Under the pieces are notes generated by a model, which made no database searches, was not told where the DNA came from, and worked only from the letters and a program-made list of their open reading frames with translations. The position numbers and the translations under genes were made by a program. Below, one piece after another: positions 25,709-37,544 of a stretch of 64,000 bases of DNA (position 1 is its first letter; each line of letters opens with the position of its first letter). The stretch lies in NCBI RefSeq assembly GCF_020745735.1, contig NC_083410.1:55216117-55280116 (forward strand), given 5' to 3'. This DNA comes from Hemiscyllium ocellatum (Eukaryota).

Positions 25709-27017
25709 AAAAAATGCAAGGCCAAAGAGAGAAAGCATCACTGCCAATGGTTAGAAATGGTGTGCAATGATTGAGAGTGATAACACAGTTAATGATAGAA
25801 TAAAGAATGGTCTTTTGGTGGGACATGGTTGATTCAGCATTCCATGGGAATGAACTCAGGCTTCTCGTGAGGACCAGAATTCCCATCTTGTAGAGGTGAG
25901 GAGACAGATGTTGGGATCTCTTTCATCCATACGGATTCTCTCTGCCCTGTAGTAGGCTGTGTTCTGCTATAATGAGCAAAAGATGGGGCTTGAGTGAGTT
26001 TACAGTGGGTGGCACAATTGTTAGTGCTAGCACATGTTGGGGAAAGGTACTGAGATGCATTGAAAGACTGGGGAAGCTGTAGTGTTAATGACACACATTC
26101 AGTGGTGAGGAGGGCAACGCATGAACCTTGATGAGAGATGGATGCTGTAGCAGAGATGGTGTCCGCATATAGTAGTACAGAGAAGAGTGTGGCTCTTATA
26201 TCAGCAGAATAGAGTGATTTCTTGACCTTCTTTCTGCATTGCTGGCCATTCCTCTGCATAGTATATCTTGGTGTACTCATTGTTCTGTACACAATTTCAA
26301 TAACTTCGTAAACAAAGCAACTTTTAAGTAGAAGGGTCCAAAGAAAAGTTTAATTAACTTTTGCATGATGCTGGAGGGAATTCAGTCCCATTGCGGTGAT
26401 GAATTGTCATAATAGAAAAAGGTGACACATTTAGAATTGCAATTGTTTTTAATTGACCTCTTAGTCTTTCAGAAATTTTCATTACGTTTATTTTGGAATA
26501 CAAGATACATTTATTAACTTGCATTTGAATCGGGAGTAGCACATGAATGAAGGTTGCCTGATGGTGGAAGCTGAATCCTACATACTTTTGGCTAAATGTG
26601 AGTTACATTGACTTTTGTTTTGATGGGGGGGTGTCCCATCATGAGGCCCAGAGAGATTATTTGTTACTAGTTACTAAGTGAGTCTTATTAACTACCTACC
26701 ATTTCCCTTTGTACTTTCTGTCCACTTCGATCTCCGTTTTATAACATTTTAGACCAATGCCAGAGCTTCATGGCAGAATCAAAAGGAAAGTTTGTGGAGA
26801 CATCAACATCAATGCTGGGTGCTTTTCTCTCCATTTTGCATGTTTTTGCTGAGCATCATGGCCACACAGAGGCTAGTGGCCAGTTAAGGGATACCCTTGC
26901 TTGTTAAATGCCTTATTAATAACCCAGCTCGCCTTAACATTCAGCTTAATATTAATATTCAGCTTCCTATCAGACCAAATGCAGCAAGTAAACCAGACAT
27001 CAAGAATTCTCAATATT

Positions 27018-27225
27018 CATAGAACCATAGAATCCCTGCAGTGCAAAGCAGGCTATTCAGACTATCAAGTCCATACCATCCCTTCATAGAGAATCCCACC
27101 CAGTCCAACCCCCTACCCTATCCCTGTAGCCATGCATTTTCCATGCTAATCCACCTAGGCTTGGACACTGTTGGCTATTTAACACAGCCAGTCGACATAA
27201 CCTGCACAACTTTTGAGTGCCAGAG
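27018..27225 (-). mobile_element. Partial HE1-like SINE
   Basis: Tail and core similar to 1909-2188. Confidence 0.7.
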
Positions 27226-27399
27226 GAATTGTTCCGATTCCAGCTGATGTTATCATTGGACCAGTCAGATCCCCAAACCAGAACCTGTTGGATCATTCTT
27301 TACATAGTTTGATTTTAATGAAGTGGCCTCTGACTGAAACCTAGGTTGCAGAATAAGTTTTGGCTAAATGATCAAGTACAATGCTCCTATCACAAATGT

Positions 27400-27660
27400 G
27401 AATGCTTACTACTAGTAATCCCTTTGTTTACCTCCCTTTTATTTTGTCTATGGGTCCCTCTCTAACAATTCACTCATACCTTTCCCATAGCCCCCATTAG
27501 CAGTATAAAGGGCACCTGATATTTGCTGTTTCTTGTTCTGAAGATCAAAGGACTTGAAATGTTAATGGAAATATTTTCTCTCCCCAGATGCTGTCAGACT
27601 TGCTGAGCCTCTTCAGCAATTTGTTTTTGATTATTTCAGTTCTCCAGTTCTGTTTAATTT
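27400..27660 (+). mobile_element. Old Penelope 3' terminus
   Basis: ttctgaaga...gaaatgtta (degenerate hammerhead) followed by cagatgctgtcagacttgctgag...cagcaattt. Confidence 0.6.
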
Positions 27661-28666
27661 TATGTGTGGATAGCTTGGCTTAATTTATTTTATTTTTCCT
27701 TTTGTAACCAACTTCAGTATTACTGTTAAAACCAGATTTATAGCCTGGCACGCTTGTGTTTCAGTGAAAGATCACCACATTAAATTAAAAATGAACTATT
27801 TCTCCAGATTTCATTCTGGGATCTGACTGGTCTCATAGTAACATCAGCTGGGGATCATCACAAAGAGGAGTTGTGCTCAATGTAGTAATCTTAAAGGTCA
27901 AATATCACTGAAGGCATGCACATATTCTTCCAATTTCCTGCTGAAATTCCAGTAGAAGGTCATAAAGAAGCAATGGTATCAATGCACTGGTCTCAATTGT
28001 GACAAATGTAAGGCCTAACAGCATCAAACATCCAGGGAGCCAATTCACAGTGGAACCCAGAATTGGAGGCCAAGTTGATGGTCCTGCTGTGACTTGCTAG
28101 CAGGTCAAATTGACCTAATGGCCTTGCACTCTACTTTCATTTTAATTCATGCATATTTGTTTAAGGCTGCTCCTGGCTGTTGCAAAGTCTTGTCCAGGGA
28201 TGCAGTCCTTTAAATCAGTCTTGAATGTCAAAAACTCTTGCTTGCACATACCAGAATGTGGTCAACTCCCCTCCACCATCTGGCTTCCACAGTACCATGC
28301 CCTCTAATGCTCCCCCCACCACTACACCCTGAGCTCTGCCCACACTGCCCTGCTACTCAACCATTTCCACATCCCTCTCCACCACCAACGCCCTTCCCCA
28401 ACACTGCTGTCCAGCTACTACGTCACTGCTCACTTGGCCTCCCCATGTTCCCAGGCTGAGGCTAGAAAATATTCTCCTTCCCTGCATCCTGAATCCTGAG
28501 TCTGGCCAATGTCAGAGAACAGTCTGGAGTGTGAGTTTGGTAAGGAGGATGGTGAATAACGATGAATGCTCAGCAGTGGGAGGTAAAGAGCGATGGTTAG
28601 AAAGGCAGCTTTGAGAGCACTTCAAGATATTTTTAATCAAATTGCTCAGACATGACATGACTCATT

Positions 28667-28930
28667 TCTGGAGCAGATGGGACTTGAACTCAGGTCTCCT
28701 GGCTCAGAGGTAAGGATATTGCCATGGCACCACAAAGAAAGCACTGCAGTTTAGTTTTATTTAATTAATCTATTTTTCTAATCAATCTGTTCACTCCCTC
28801 ACTGTCACACTCCCTCCCTCACACTTCCTCACTCACTGTTATGCCTGTTTTACTGCACACCTCTGGACCAGGTGAGACTTGAACCTAGACTTCCTGATCA
28901 GAGGTAGAGAACTATCACTGCACCACAAAG
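28667..28930 (-). repeat. Two direct copies of a ~70 bp tRNA-derived unit (28667-28739, 28861-28930)
   Basis: tctggagcagatgggacttgaactc...caccacaaag versus tctggaccaggtgagacttgaacct...caccacaaag. B-box-like gttcaagtc on the minus strand. Confidence 0.7.
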
Positions 28931-30269
28931 TCCCAGAAAGCATTGCAAAGCTCTTAGCAGTGATTGCAAATACTTTAAATAAAAACATCTGAGACCAATT
29001 GAAGCCATATTACAGCCAAGGAGAGAAAAGATGAATGGATATTTATAACCGTAGTTGCTTCCACTTCTATTGTTGACAGGACGATCTGCATAATATTATG
29101 TTACAAATATGAGGATTACAAGATGGCTGTGCTTACAGTTTAAGACAAAAATTTCAAAGATTATATGAGGCATCTATCTAGCTAATGAAGTAGGTATTGT
29201 AACTGTTAAAAGGTTAAAAGGACGTAAGAATATTTGTTGGAAAAACGATGTTGATTGTTTACATTTACAGACAATGGCAGCCCTCATCTTGAAAGACAGT
29301 TCTAAGGTTAAAAGCTATGAGGGTGGAAATGAAAAACAATGGAAGTACTCTCTAAGGAGCTAAGAATCACTTTAAACTGGATCCATGGAAAATTTACAAG
29401 CTAGTTAAAGGCTAGTATGAAGTATATCTGTGAAATGGATTTATCAGTTGAGTTAAAAACAAAAGGAAAAGCTCTGTTCCGCAGTTTAAAATATAGGTTA
29501 CCTACAACAAATTTGTTTTGTAAACAGTGATTTTGGCCCGTTTGTTACAGCAAGAGTCTTAAAACATGAATTGTTGTGTCATTCTCTCAGCGATCACCTG
29601 GAAGTTTCAATCTCTCATTTATTTTGACAAAAGTTGTAGCAGGCGATTGTGGGAGAACGTCCTCAGCAGTCCGCGTAAGCAATTTTAAATAATCTGTTGC
29701 TATGCGGAGGTGGAGGAGGAGGAACTAGAAAAAGAAAAGGAAAAAGAATTGAAGTCTTATTCTATTTTAAACAAAGTTAAAGGAGTATTTGTCGTGGCAG
29801 TGTTGAGTGCAGAACTTGTTTCCGTGAGTCAGCCACATGGGCTTTTCCAACGAAAAAAAATTATTTCAATGTTTTATTCTTTCTATTTTATTAGGCTTGG
29901 TTTGCAGCACCAATCTATTTGCACAACAATATATTTTAGCTTAAATGCCCCCTCCACTTGTCATTATGCATCTTAGTCACAATACACTGTGAAGGAAGAA
30001 GTACCGTTGAATTAACATCATGCTAAAGTAAGGCTACAGTCACTTATTTTAAATTAACATGCTTGGTTTTATCTGCCAACTGTACAATGCTTCATTGTGC
30101 TATTGCCTGGCAATTGTTCTAACTTCAATTACAGAGAGCTAGGTATCTTAAGAAAGACTTAAGGGTTAATTTTATACTGTGGAGAGGATCAGCAAGCAAT
30201 GGAAAGAGTAATCACACCACCCACCAAATGACATTTGAGAGGCCGAATGTGTATTCATGCTACGCTCAT

Positions 30270-30897
30270 CTCCACAAAGCTCTCTGACATGTCTTGCAGT
30301 GGTTGCCATGACAGGGTTGTACGGTGTTGTGGTCAATGTTGTCCTGAAGCCTGGACAGGTTGCTGCGAACAATGATCTGTTTAAAGGTGAGAAGTGGAGG
30401 TGTAGGGAAAATCTTGGCGAGGAGCTCATCCTGGTCGACAATGTATTGCAGGATGTGAAGAACATGGCATCGTTTCTCCATTCCCAAGAAGTACTGGAAC
30501 AAGGAAAGGTATCCTGTCGGTTGTATTCTGTTTCCGTCTCCTGAGGTGGTCATTACGGTTTCTCACTGTGCCACATTGGATTGTGTGATTGATGAGTTGA
30601 TTGATAACTGAAAAGAAGTTCTGGGATTTACAAATTAATGAACTGAAACCTGCAACCCATTCTAAAAGGTGAAAGACTTAACAACAATCTAGGTTTGATA
30701 ATATATATGTTCAGTTGCATGACGCTGTAATCTTTTGCTATAAATTCTGTGTCTTATGATCCTGCTCCACAACTACCTGATGAAGGAGCAACACTCCAAT
30801 AGTTAGTACCTCTAAAGAAACCTGTTGGACTATAACCTGGTGTTGCATGATTTTTAACTTGTCTACCCTAGTCCAACACTGGCACTTCCACATTATA
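30270..30897. mobile_element. Penelope-like element family 2: ORF fragment on - (30270-30600) joined to a terminal repeat on + (30605-30897)
   Basis: LAKIFPTPPLLTFKQ..IVRS..QPCHGNHCKTC is the PLE linker/Zn knuckle. Damaged hammerhead cctgatgaaggagcaacactcc at ~30776. Confidence 0.8.
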
Positions 30898-31044
30898 ACA
30901 AATTAATTATTCACTTTATATAAAAACTGTAACATATTTTAGTATTTGAGTGAAGTATGAATTCAATAGTATCTTAAAATTGTTGTAAAAATTGAAATTA
31001 GGACAGCCGTTCAGATTCAGGTTCCTTCTAAATGAGTTGAGGGT

Positions 31045-31235
31045 TCATGCTGCAACCTCCAATCTAGACGGAGAATTCCAGCCACTCATCACTCTCTGAG
31101 TGAAAAGATTTTTCCTCATGACCCCTCCAATCCTTCTGGCAATCACCATTACCCTGTACTCCCCAGTAATTGACCTCTCTGTTGGGAAATCAAGCCTTAT
31201 CATCCTTATTCTCAAGTAAGGCTCCCTCATTCTTC
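31045..31235 (-). mobile_element. CR1 3' fragment
   Basis: MRKNLFTQRVMSGWNS resembles the CR1 RNFFTQRVV..WN motif. Confidence 0.7.
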
Positions 31236-31329
31236 TCAGTCCTGTTCGATTTGTTGACTTTCCAACAAGTTGAAGCTCTTTGCAGCCTGTATATGGATGA
31301 AAGCATCCATCTAGTTACAAATAATAGAT

Positions 31330-32480
31330 ATTGAACCTTTAATTGGTCTGTTCACCATTTTGAAATCCCTGGCCTTAACTATTTGAGCACGTTTAAATCT
31401 GCACATTCAGCCTCTCCCTAACACACCCTGGTTTTCATGTCTCAAGTTATGACCCTATTCTATTACTTTGTTGTTTCCCTGTGACTTGTCACATCACCTC
31501 TTATATGATCCCTTTGTTTCACATTATTTAATTTAAAGTCCTCTCTAATGACCTAGCTATAAGATTCACAGGAATGCTGGTCCTAGCTAACATGCTTCAA
31601 ATGAAGATCAACTCAACAGTACAGCTCCTACTTTCTCCAATGAACTGAAACTCATTTCTCACACTCCAGTCTCTGAGCCATGCATTCATGTCTCTAATTT
31701 TATGATATAAATTTCCTTATGATTCAGCTAATAATTCAGAGAATGTTACCTTTGAAGTTCAGCATTTTTTTAATCTAGCCCCGAGCAACTCACACCTCTT
31801 TGTTAGTCCAATCTTCTTCATTGGTACACACAAGGAACAAGAGAACTGGATTCTTCCCCCCACTGCCCCCTTCCCCTTTCCATTCATTTTCCTTTCCAGC
31901 CTTGTGCAAATGACCTGACCCTGGAACTGGGAAGGAAACATAGCTTTCTGGATGTATTCCCTCTTCAGAAAGCTGTGTCTAACCCTCTGACAATGCTATT
32001 TCCTACTACCACTGCATTCATATTAATCTCTTTTCCTCATTTGAATGGCTTCCTGTACAGTAGTACTCTGGTCAGTTTGCTCATCCACCTTAGCTCCATG
32101 CTTTCATGTATACACTGGTTGCAAGAAATGTGATCCTGTTCGAAAATTACAAGTGCTCAGGCTCCTATACTTCTACTTTTGGTTGTCATTGCTTTCATAG
32201 CTAGCACACGTGAGTTATAACCTCTTGTCTATGATCATGGAAAAAATTAGAAGACTTTATCATAATAAATGACTGCTTCCTGGAGCATAGTGTCTAGATA
32301 ATGTCCTCCTCCCTAATGTGCTACAGCAACTGCAGCTCAGCCTCCAACTCAATAGCAATGAGTTAAAGTTCCTCTGGTTACAAACACTTCCCGCAGATGT
32401 GTTTGTCTTTTGTTAAATCAATGTCCAGATGTTCCTACATTCTACTGTTGCAACACTACAGCTGTGCTGCCTTCTCTATA
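31330..32480 (-). mobile_element. CR1 ORF1 remnant (Zn-finger/leucine zipper plus SGNH esterase-like domain)
   Basis: Minus strand gives HICGKCL (~32380-32400) and a decayed esterase block ending ELLGARLK (~31765-31850). Confidence 0.65.
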
Positions 32481-32588
32481 GCATTTAATTAAATAATTAC
32501 TAATGAATCATTTTACAGATCATATTTTCTCTAGTCACGCCTGTGGTTATATTTTAACATTCTACTCAACCAATTGAAATTCAACATT

Positions 32589-32894
32589 TTAGATTAGGTT
32601 ACTTACAGTGTGGAAACAGGCCCTTCAGTCCAACAAGTCCACACCAACCCGCCGAAGCGCAACCCACCCATACCCCCACATATACCCCTTACTTAACACT
32701 ACGGGCAATTTAGCATGGCCAATTCACCTGACCCGCACATTCTTTGGACTGTGGGAGGAAACCGGAGCACCCAGAGGAAACCCACGCAGACACGGGGAGA
32801 ACGTGCAAACTCCACACAGTCAGTCGCCTGAGGCGGGAATTGAACCCACGTCCCTGGCGCTGTGAGGCAGCAGTGCTAACCACTGTGCCACCGT
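32589..32894 (-). mobile_element. HE1-type SINE, young full-length copy
   Basis: Near reverse complement of 51613-51926 and 52976-53245. CpGs retained. Confidence 0.95.
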
Positions 32895-33564
32895 TCCTTG
32901 GTTAAGACATGGGAAAACTTGCCAGCCAATCTAATAGGTATTTACTACAACCACTACTTAGTCTTCGTCTGCTAAATGAATCCTTGCAATTGCAAATGTT
33001 GCAACAATTTTGAAACATAAATGAGAAAAATGCACACCTACCTAATAACTGGACTGAACTGATTACCTACGTCCCTTATGCATCAATACAACCATCCATT
33101 CTGATTGTTTGAGGAGCTCAGTGATGGGCTGGTAATGTCATGGCTGAATGACAGAGTCAATGTGAAACCCACCCATTAGAAAATTGCATTGCCAACCTGA
33201 AAATGATTACTTTGTTCTGGCAGAAACTAAGTCCAGAAGATCCTCTGCCTAATTGTGCTATCAACAGCATACATTCTGATTTTACGAAAAGCAAAGGTTA
33301 TTGACAGTGGCAAAGTAGCTTAACATGACAGTAGCTACAGTACAGATTGAGCATTTGGATACCTTACTTCCATGATTTTAAATTTGTGAAGTTTTCATGC
33401 CCAAAGGTGTTAATTTACCCCGGATCTTCATTTTAAAGTGTTACAACATATAGTGTTCAAGTTTAAAATGCAGGAGAATTCAATATTCTATCAATTGTGC
33501 CGTAAAAAGAAGATGGGGATTTACCTTATCTCATATGGAAGAATTGTTGGCTATTGTTCATACA

Positions 33565-35806
33565 GTAAAAAGTGAGGTCTGCAGATGCTGGAGATCAGAG
33601 CTGAAAATGTGTTGCTGGTTAAAGCACAGCAGGTCAGGAAATTCGATGTTTCGGGCCAGAGCCCTTCATCAGGAATGAGGAGAGGGTGCCAGGCAGGCTA
33701 AGATAAAAGGTAGGGAGGAGGGACTTGGGGGAGGGGCGATGGAGATGTGATAGGTGGAAGGAGGTCAAGGTGAGGGTGATAGGCCGGAGTGGGGTGGGGG
33801 CGGAGAGGTCAGGAAGAGGATTGCAGGTTAGGAGGGCGGTGCTGAGTTCAAGGGAATCGACTGAGACAAGGTGGGGGGAGGGGAAATGAGGAAACTGGAG
33901 AAATCTGAGTTCATCCCTTATGGTTGGAGGGTTCCCAGGCGGAAGATGAGGCGCTCTTCCTCCAACTGTCGTGTTGTTATGTTCTGGCGATGGAGGAGTC
34001 CAAGGACCTGCATGTCTTCGGTGGAGTGGGAGGGAGAGTTAAAGTGTTGAGCCACGGGGTGGTTGGGTTGGTTGGTCCGGGCGTCCCAGAGGTGTTCCCT
34101 GAAGCGTTCTGCAAGTAGGCGGACCGTCTCCCCAATATAGAGGAGGCCACATTGGGTGCAGCGGATGCAATAGATGATGTGTGTGGAGGTGCAGGTGAAT
34201 TTGTGGCGGATATGGAAGGATCCCTTGGGGCCTTGGAGAGAAGTAAGGGAGGAGGTGTGGGCACAAGTTTTGCATTTCCTGCGGTTGCAGGGGAAGGTGC
34301 CGGGATTGGTGGTGGGGTTGGTGGGGGGTGTGGACCTGACGAGGGAGTCACGAAGGGAGTGGTCTTTGCGGAACGCTGATAGGGGAGGGGAGGGAAATAT
34401 ATCCCTGGTGGTGGGGTCCGTTTGGAGTTGGCGGAAATGACGGCAGATGATACGCTGTATATGGAGGTTGGTGGGGTGGTAGGTGAGAACCAGTGGGGTT
34501 CTGTCTTGGTGGCGGTTGGAGGGGCGGGGCTCAAGGGCGGAGGAGCGGGAAGTGGAGGAGATGCAGTGGAGGGCATCGTCGATCACGTCTGGGGGGAATC
34601 TGCGGTCCTTGAAGAAGGAGGCCATCTGGGCTGTACGGTATTGGAACTGGTCCTCCTGGGAGCAGATGCGGCGGAGACGAAGGAATTGGGAATATGGGAT
34701 GGAGTTTTTACAGGGGGCAGGGTGGGAGGAGGTGTAGTCCAGGTAGCTGTGGGAGTCAGTCGGTTTATAGTAGATGTCTGTGTTGAGTCGGTCGCCCGAG
34801 ATAGAAATGGAAAGGTCTAGGAAGGGGAGGGAGGAGTCTGAGACAGTCCAGGTGAATTTGAGGTCGGGATGGAAGGTGTTGGTAAAGTTGATGAACTGTT
34901 CAACCTCCTCGTGGGAGCACAAGGCAGCGCCGATACAGTCATCGATGTAGCGGAGGAAAAGGTGGGGGGTGGTGCCAGTGTAGTTGCGGAAGATGGACTG
35001 TTCCACATATTCTACAAAGAGACAGGCATAGCTGGGGCCCATGCGGGTGCCCATGGCAACTCCTTTAGTTTGGAGGAAGTGGGAGAATTGGAAAGAGAAG
35101 TTATTCAGGGTGAGGACCAGTTCAGTCAGTTGAAGGAGGGTGTCAGTGGAAGGGTACTGGTTGGTGCAACGGGAAAGGAAGAAGCGGAGGGCTTTGAGGC
35201 TTTCGTGATGGGGGATGGAGGTGTACAGGGACTGGATGTCCATCGTGAAGATAAGGCGATGGGGACCGGGGAAGCGAAAATCATGGAGGAGGTGGAGGGA
35301 GTGGGTGGTGTCCCGAACGTAGGTGGGGAGTTCTTGGACTAAAGGGGACAGAACCGTGTCGAGGTATGTGGAGATGAGTTCGGTGGGGCAGGAGCAGGCT
35401 GAGACAATGGGTCGGCCGGGGCAGTCAGGTTTGTGGATTTTGGGCAGGAGGTAGAAACGGGCGGTGCGGGGTTGTGGGACTATGAGGTTGGAGGCGGTGG
35501 ATGGGAGATCCCCTGAGGTGATGAGGTTATGGATGGTCTGGGAGATGATGGTTTGGTGGTGGGAGGTGGGGTCATGGTCAAGGGGGCAATAGGAGGAGGC
35601 GTCCGCAAGCTGGCGTTTGGCCTCAGCGGTATAAAGGTCAGTGCGCCAAACTACTACCGCGCCTCCCTTGTCTGCCGGTTTGATGGTGAGGTTGGGGTTG
35701 GAGCGGAGGGAGTGGAGGGCTGCACATTCTGAGGGTGAGAGGTTGGAGTGTGTGAGAGGGGTGGACAGGTCGAGTCGGTTAATGTCGCGGCGGCAGTTGG
35801 CTATAA
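33565..35806 (-). mobile_element. Penelope-like retroelement, young, 5'-truncated
   Basis: RT + GIY-YIG ORF and 3' terminal repeat with hammerhead. 12 bp TSD ATTGTTCATACA at 33553-33564 and 35807-35818. Confidence 0.97.
33641..33676 (-). ncRNA. Minimal hammerhead ribozyme motif in the PLE 3' terminal repeat
   Basis: Minus strand reads ATTC-CTGATGA-A-GGGC-TCTG-GCCC-GAAA-CA-TC-GAAT. Same strand as the ORF. Confidence 0.75.
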
Positions 35807-35903
35807 ATTGTTCATACATACTATTACCCTCCATCGCTGAAGTATTCAAGCAATGTGACAGCAGTCTTCTCTTTTTTTCCCTCTCACTTATTCCCAGAGG
35901 CAA
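33918..35903 (-). CDS. Penelope-type reverse transcriptase + GIY-YIG endonuclease ORF (661 aa; first ~32 aa come from the flank)
   Basis: IKPADKGG, FYLLPKIHK, GRPIVS, TMDIQSLYTSIP, GVAMGTRMGPSYA, RYIDD, LPFLD, YYKPTD, CNRRKCKTC, IIYCIRC...LYIGET, RFREH. Ends at a probable premature CAA>TAA. Confidence 0.9.
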   Translation of the reverse strand: MPLGISEREKKRRLLSHCLNTSAMEGNSMYEQFIANCRRDINRLDLSTPLTHSNLSPSECAALHSLRSNPNLTIKPADKGGAVVVWRTDLYTAEAKRQLADASSYCPLDHDPTSHHQTIISQTIHNLITSGDLPSTASNLIVPQPRTARFYLLPKIHKPDCPGRPIVSACSCPTELISTYLDTVLSPLVQELPTYVRDTTHSLHLLHDFRFPGPHRLIFTMDIQSLYTSIPHHESLKALRFFLSRCTNQYPSTDTLLQLTELVLTLNNFSFQFSHFLQTKGVAMGTRMGPSYACLFVEYVEQSIFRNYTGTTPHLFLRYIDDCIGAALCSHEEVEQFINFTNTFHPDLKFTWTVSDSSLPFLDLSISISGDRLNTDIYYKPTDSHSYLDYTSSHPAPCKNSIPYSQFLRLRRICSQEDQFQYRTAQMASFFKDRRFPPDVIDDALHCISSTSRSSALEPRPSNRHQDRTPLVLTYHPTNLHIQRIICRHFRQLQTDPTTRDIFPSPPLSAFRKDHSLRDSLVRSTPPTNPTTNPGTFPCNRRKCKTCAHTSSLTSLQGPKGSFHIRHKFTCTSTHIIYCIRCTQCGLLYIGETVRLLAERFREHLWDARTNQPNHPVAQHFNSPSHSTEDMQVLGLLHRQNITTRQLEEERLIFRLGTLQP

Positions 35904-37348
35904 TTATCTTTTCATCTCCCGTTCCATTTGCATTGACACTGCTGTGATGCGTATTTACACACTGGTATTCTTCAGCAGCATACAATCCAAATTCATACTG
36001 GGCACTTGGATACATTGGCACTTCCTCCCAAACACCTACCATTCCAATTCAGGAAGGCATTAATCTTTGCGGAGATTCTCTTTGCCTATGTCTGATGTAA
36101 GTTTTGCAGTTGTAAAGGTTAAAAGGAGTGAGCAGTACTTGGGGCAGAAGTCAAACCAGTTGTATCATTCATTCCCACCCAGTTTTATCCATCTTCATCA
36201 ATCTGCTAATTGAGAGCTGCTCATGGGAATGAGAGTTTTCAAGCGATCCAGAGCAGGCATGGAGGTAGTGACAGTTGCCAATGGGAAATTGAACGGGAAA
36301 TTGAACTGGAAATTGGCAGTGGGCATGTAGCAGTATGGTAGCGGGCATTTCAAAGGCAAAAAGTGAAAGGCAATTGTAGGCAGACAAGCCACCATGATCC
36401 ATCAAGCCCCATTGCACTCAATTGCCTCTATGCTGCCAGTGGCTGAAGACAGAAGCTCCCACACTTGCAGAAAGCCAACTGCAATATACATCCATCAACA
36501 TAGACAGAGAAATGTGCACCAAAAGCCCCATTGTTTAATATTGAACCTCTGAGAACTCACCTCCATGTTGTCAATTACTCAAGGTTCTCCTCTTAAGGAA
36601 TGGTAAAAGGGAATATTCCCACCTGACAATGAAATTCAGGATTCAGTTGGCGCAGTTGGTCTGCAGCCAAGGAGTAATGCATGGGGTCTGTCTGCAATGC
36701 AGAGAAAAAGTGGAGGACCACCTACATTCTGCAAGGAAAGGTATGGCTCATGGTGGGTGGTGTGATGACATTTAAGCCACAATGTTATTACTTTTCCCTT
36801 CCCTACCACTTCCCCTTTCTAGTGATCACTGGGTCAACTTTTCAAGCATGCTCCTGTCCTGCTGCCCACTTTATGTCAGCTTTGCATGTTACACCAACGA
36901 CTCCCGCTCAGTCTGAAACATTGAGGATCCACGCAATGAATGGATGATTTGTACAAATGCAATAAAGGTTTTCTATATTCTTTCAGCTCTGTTGCTAGAA
37001 GTTTATTTGGCAGATTGTTTTTGCTTAACGTTCAAGCTCCCAACTCCATCTCCAGAATTTAATTGTCTCAGCTGTCATTTTTAAAATTTTTTCAGAGATG
37101 ACTGGTTTCATTTTTTGAAAAAAAGCAAGTTCTCAATATCATTTACATTGATGGACTGTGTTGTAAAGATAAGCAAGTTATATTTGAACTACCACCAGTG
37201 TTACTTAACAGTGAAGAGATCATGCATTTAACAGCTCCTCATTCAATGCATATTATATTACTTCTGTTTTAATTTTGACATTTAAGAGGATATAGCTATA
37301 ATCTCTGGTATAGATTGCAGGGATACCTGGTTCAATTCAGTGATTAGC

Positions 37349-37521
37349 TGCAAATATGTTGCTGGTCAAAGCACAGCAGGCCAGGCAGCATCTCAGGAAT
37401 AGAGAATTCGACGTTTCGAGCATAAGCCCTCTATTCCTGAGATGCTGCCTGGCCTGCTGTGCTTTGACCAGCAACACATTTGCAGCTGTGATCTCCAGCA
37501 TCTGCAGACCTCATTTTTTAC
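37349..37521 (+). mobile_element. Penelope-terminus fold-back insertion
   Basis: Near-perfect inverted arms. Perfect 17 bp TSD TCAATTCAGTGATTAGC at 37332-37348 and 37522-37538. Confidence 0.93.
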
Positions 37522-37544
37522 TCAATTCAGTGATTAGCCAGCTT

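Larger units (their letters stand above)
20150..26400. mobile_element. Decayed Harbinger transposon (transposase on +, Myb/SANT-like gene on -) with nested PLE and CR1 insertions
   Basis: + strand ~20520-20740 gives LKGYLIA, YHANH and SAAL..SCNIIVCCISL, resembling the HARBI1 DDE C-terminus. - strand 26202-26260 gives QRNGQQCRKKVKKSLYSA, resembling a Myb/SANT trihelix end. The convergent two-gene layout is typical of Harbinger. Confidence 0.55.

Noticed and set aside
33924-36063. Many overlapping + strand and alternate-frame ORFs
   Set aside because: They are shadows of the compositionally biased Penelope ORF and show no independent motifs.
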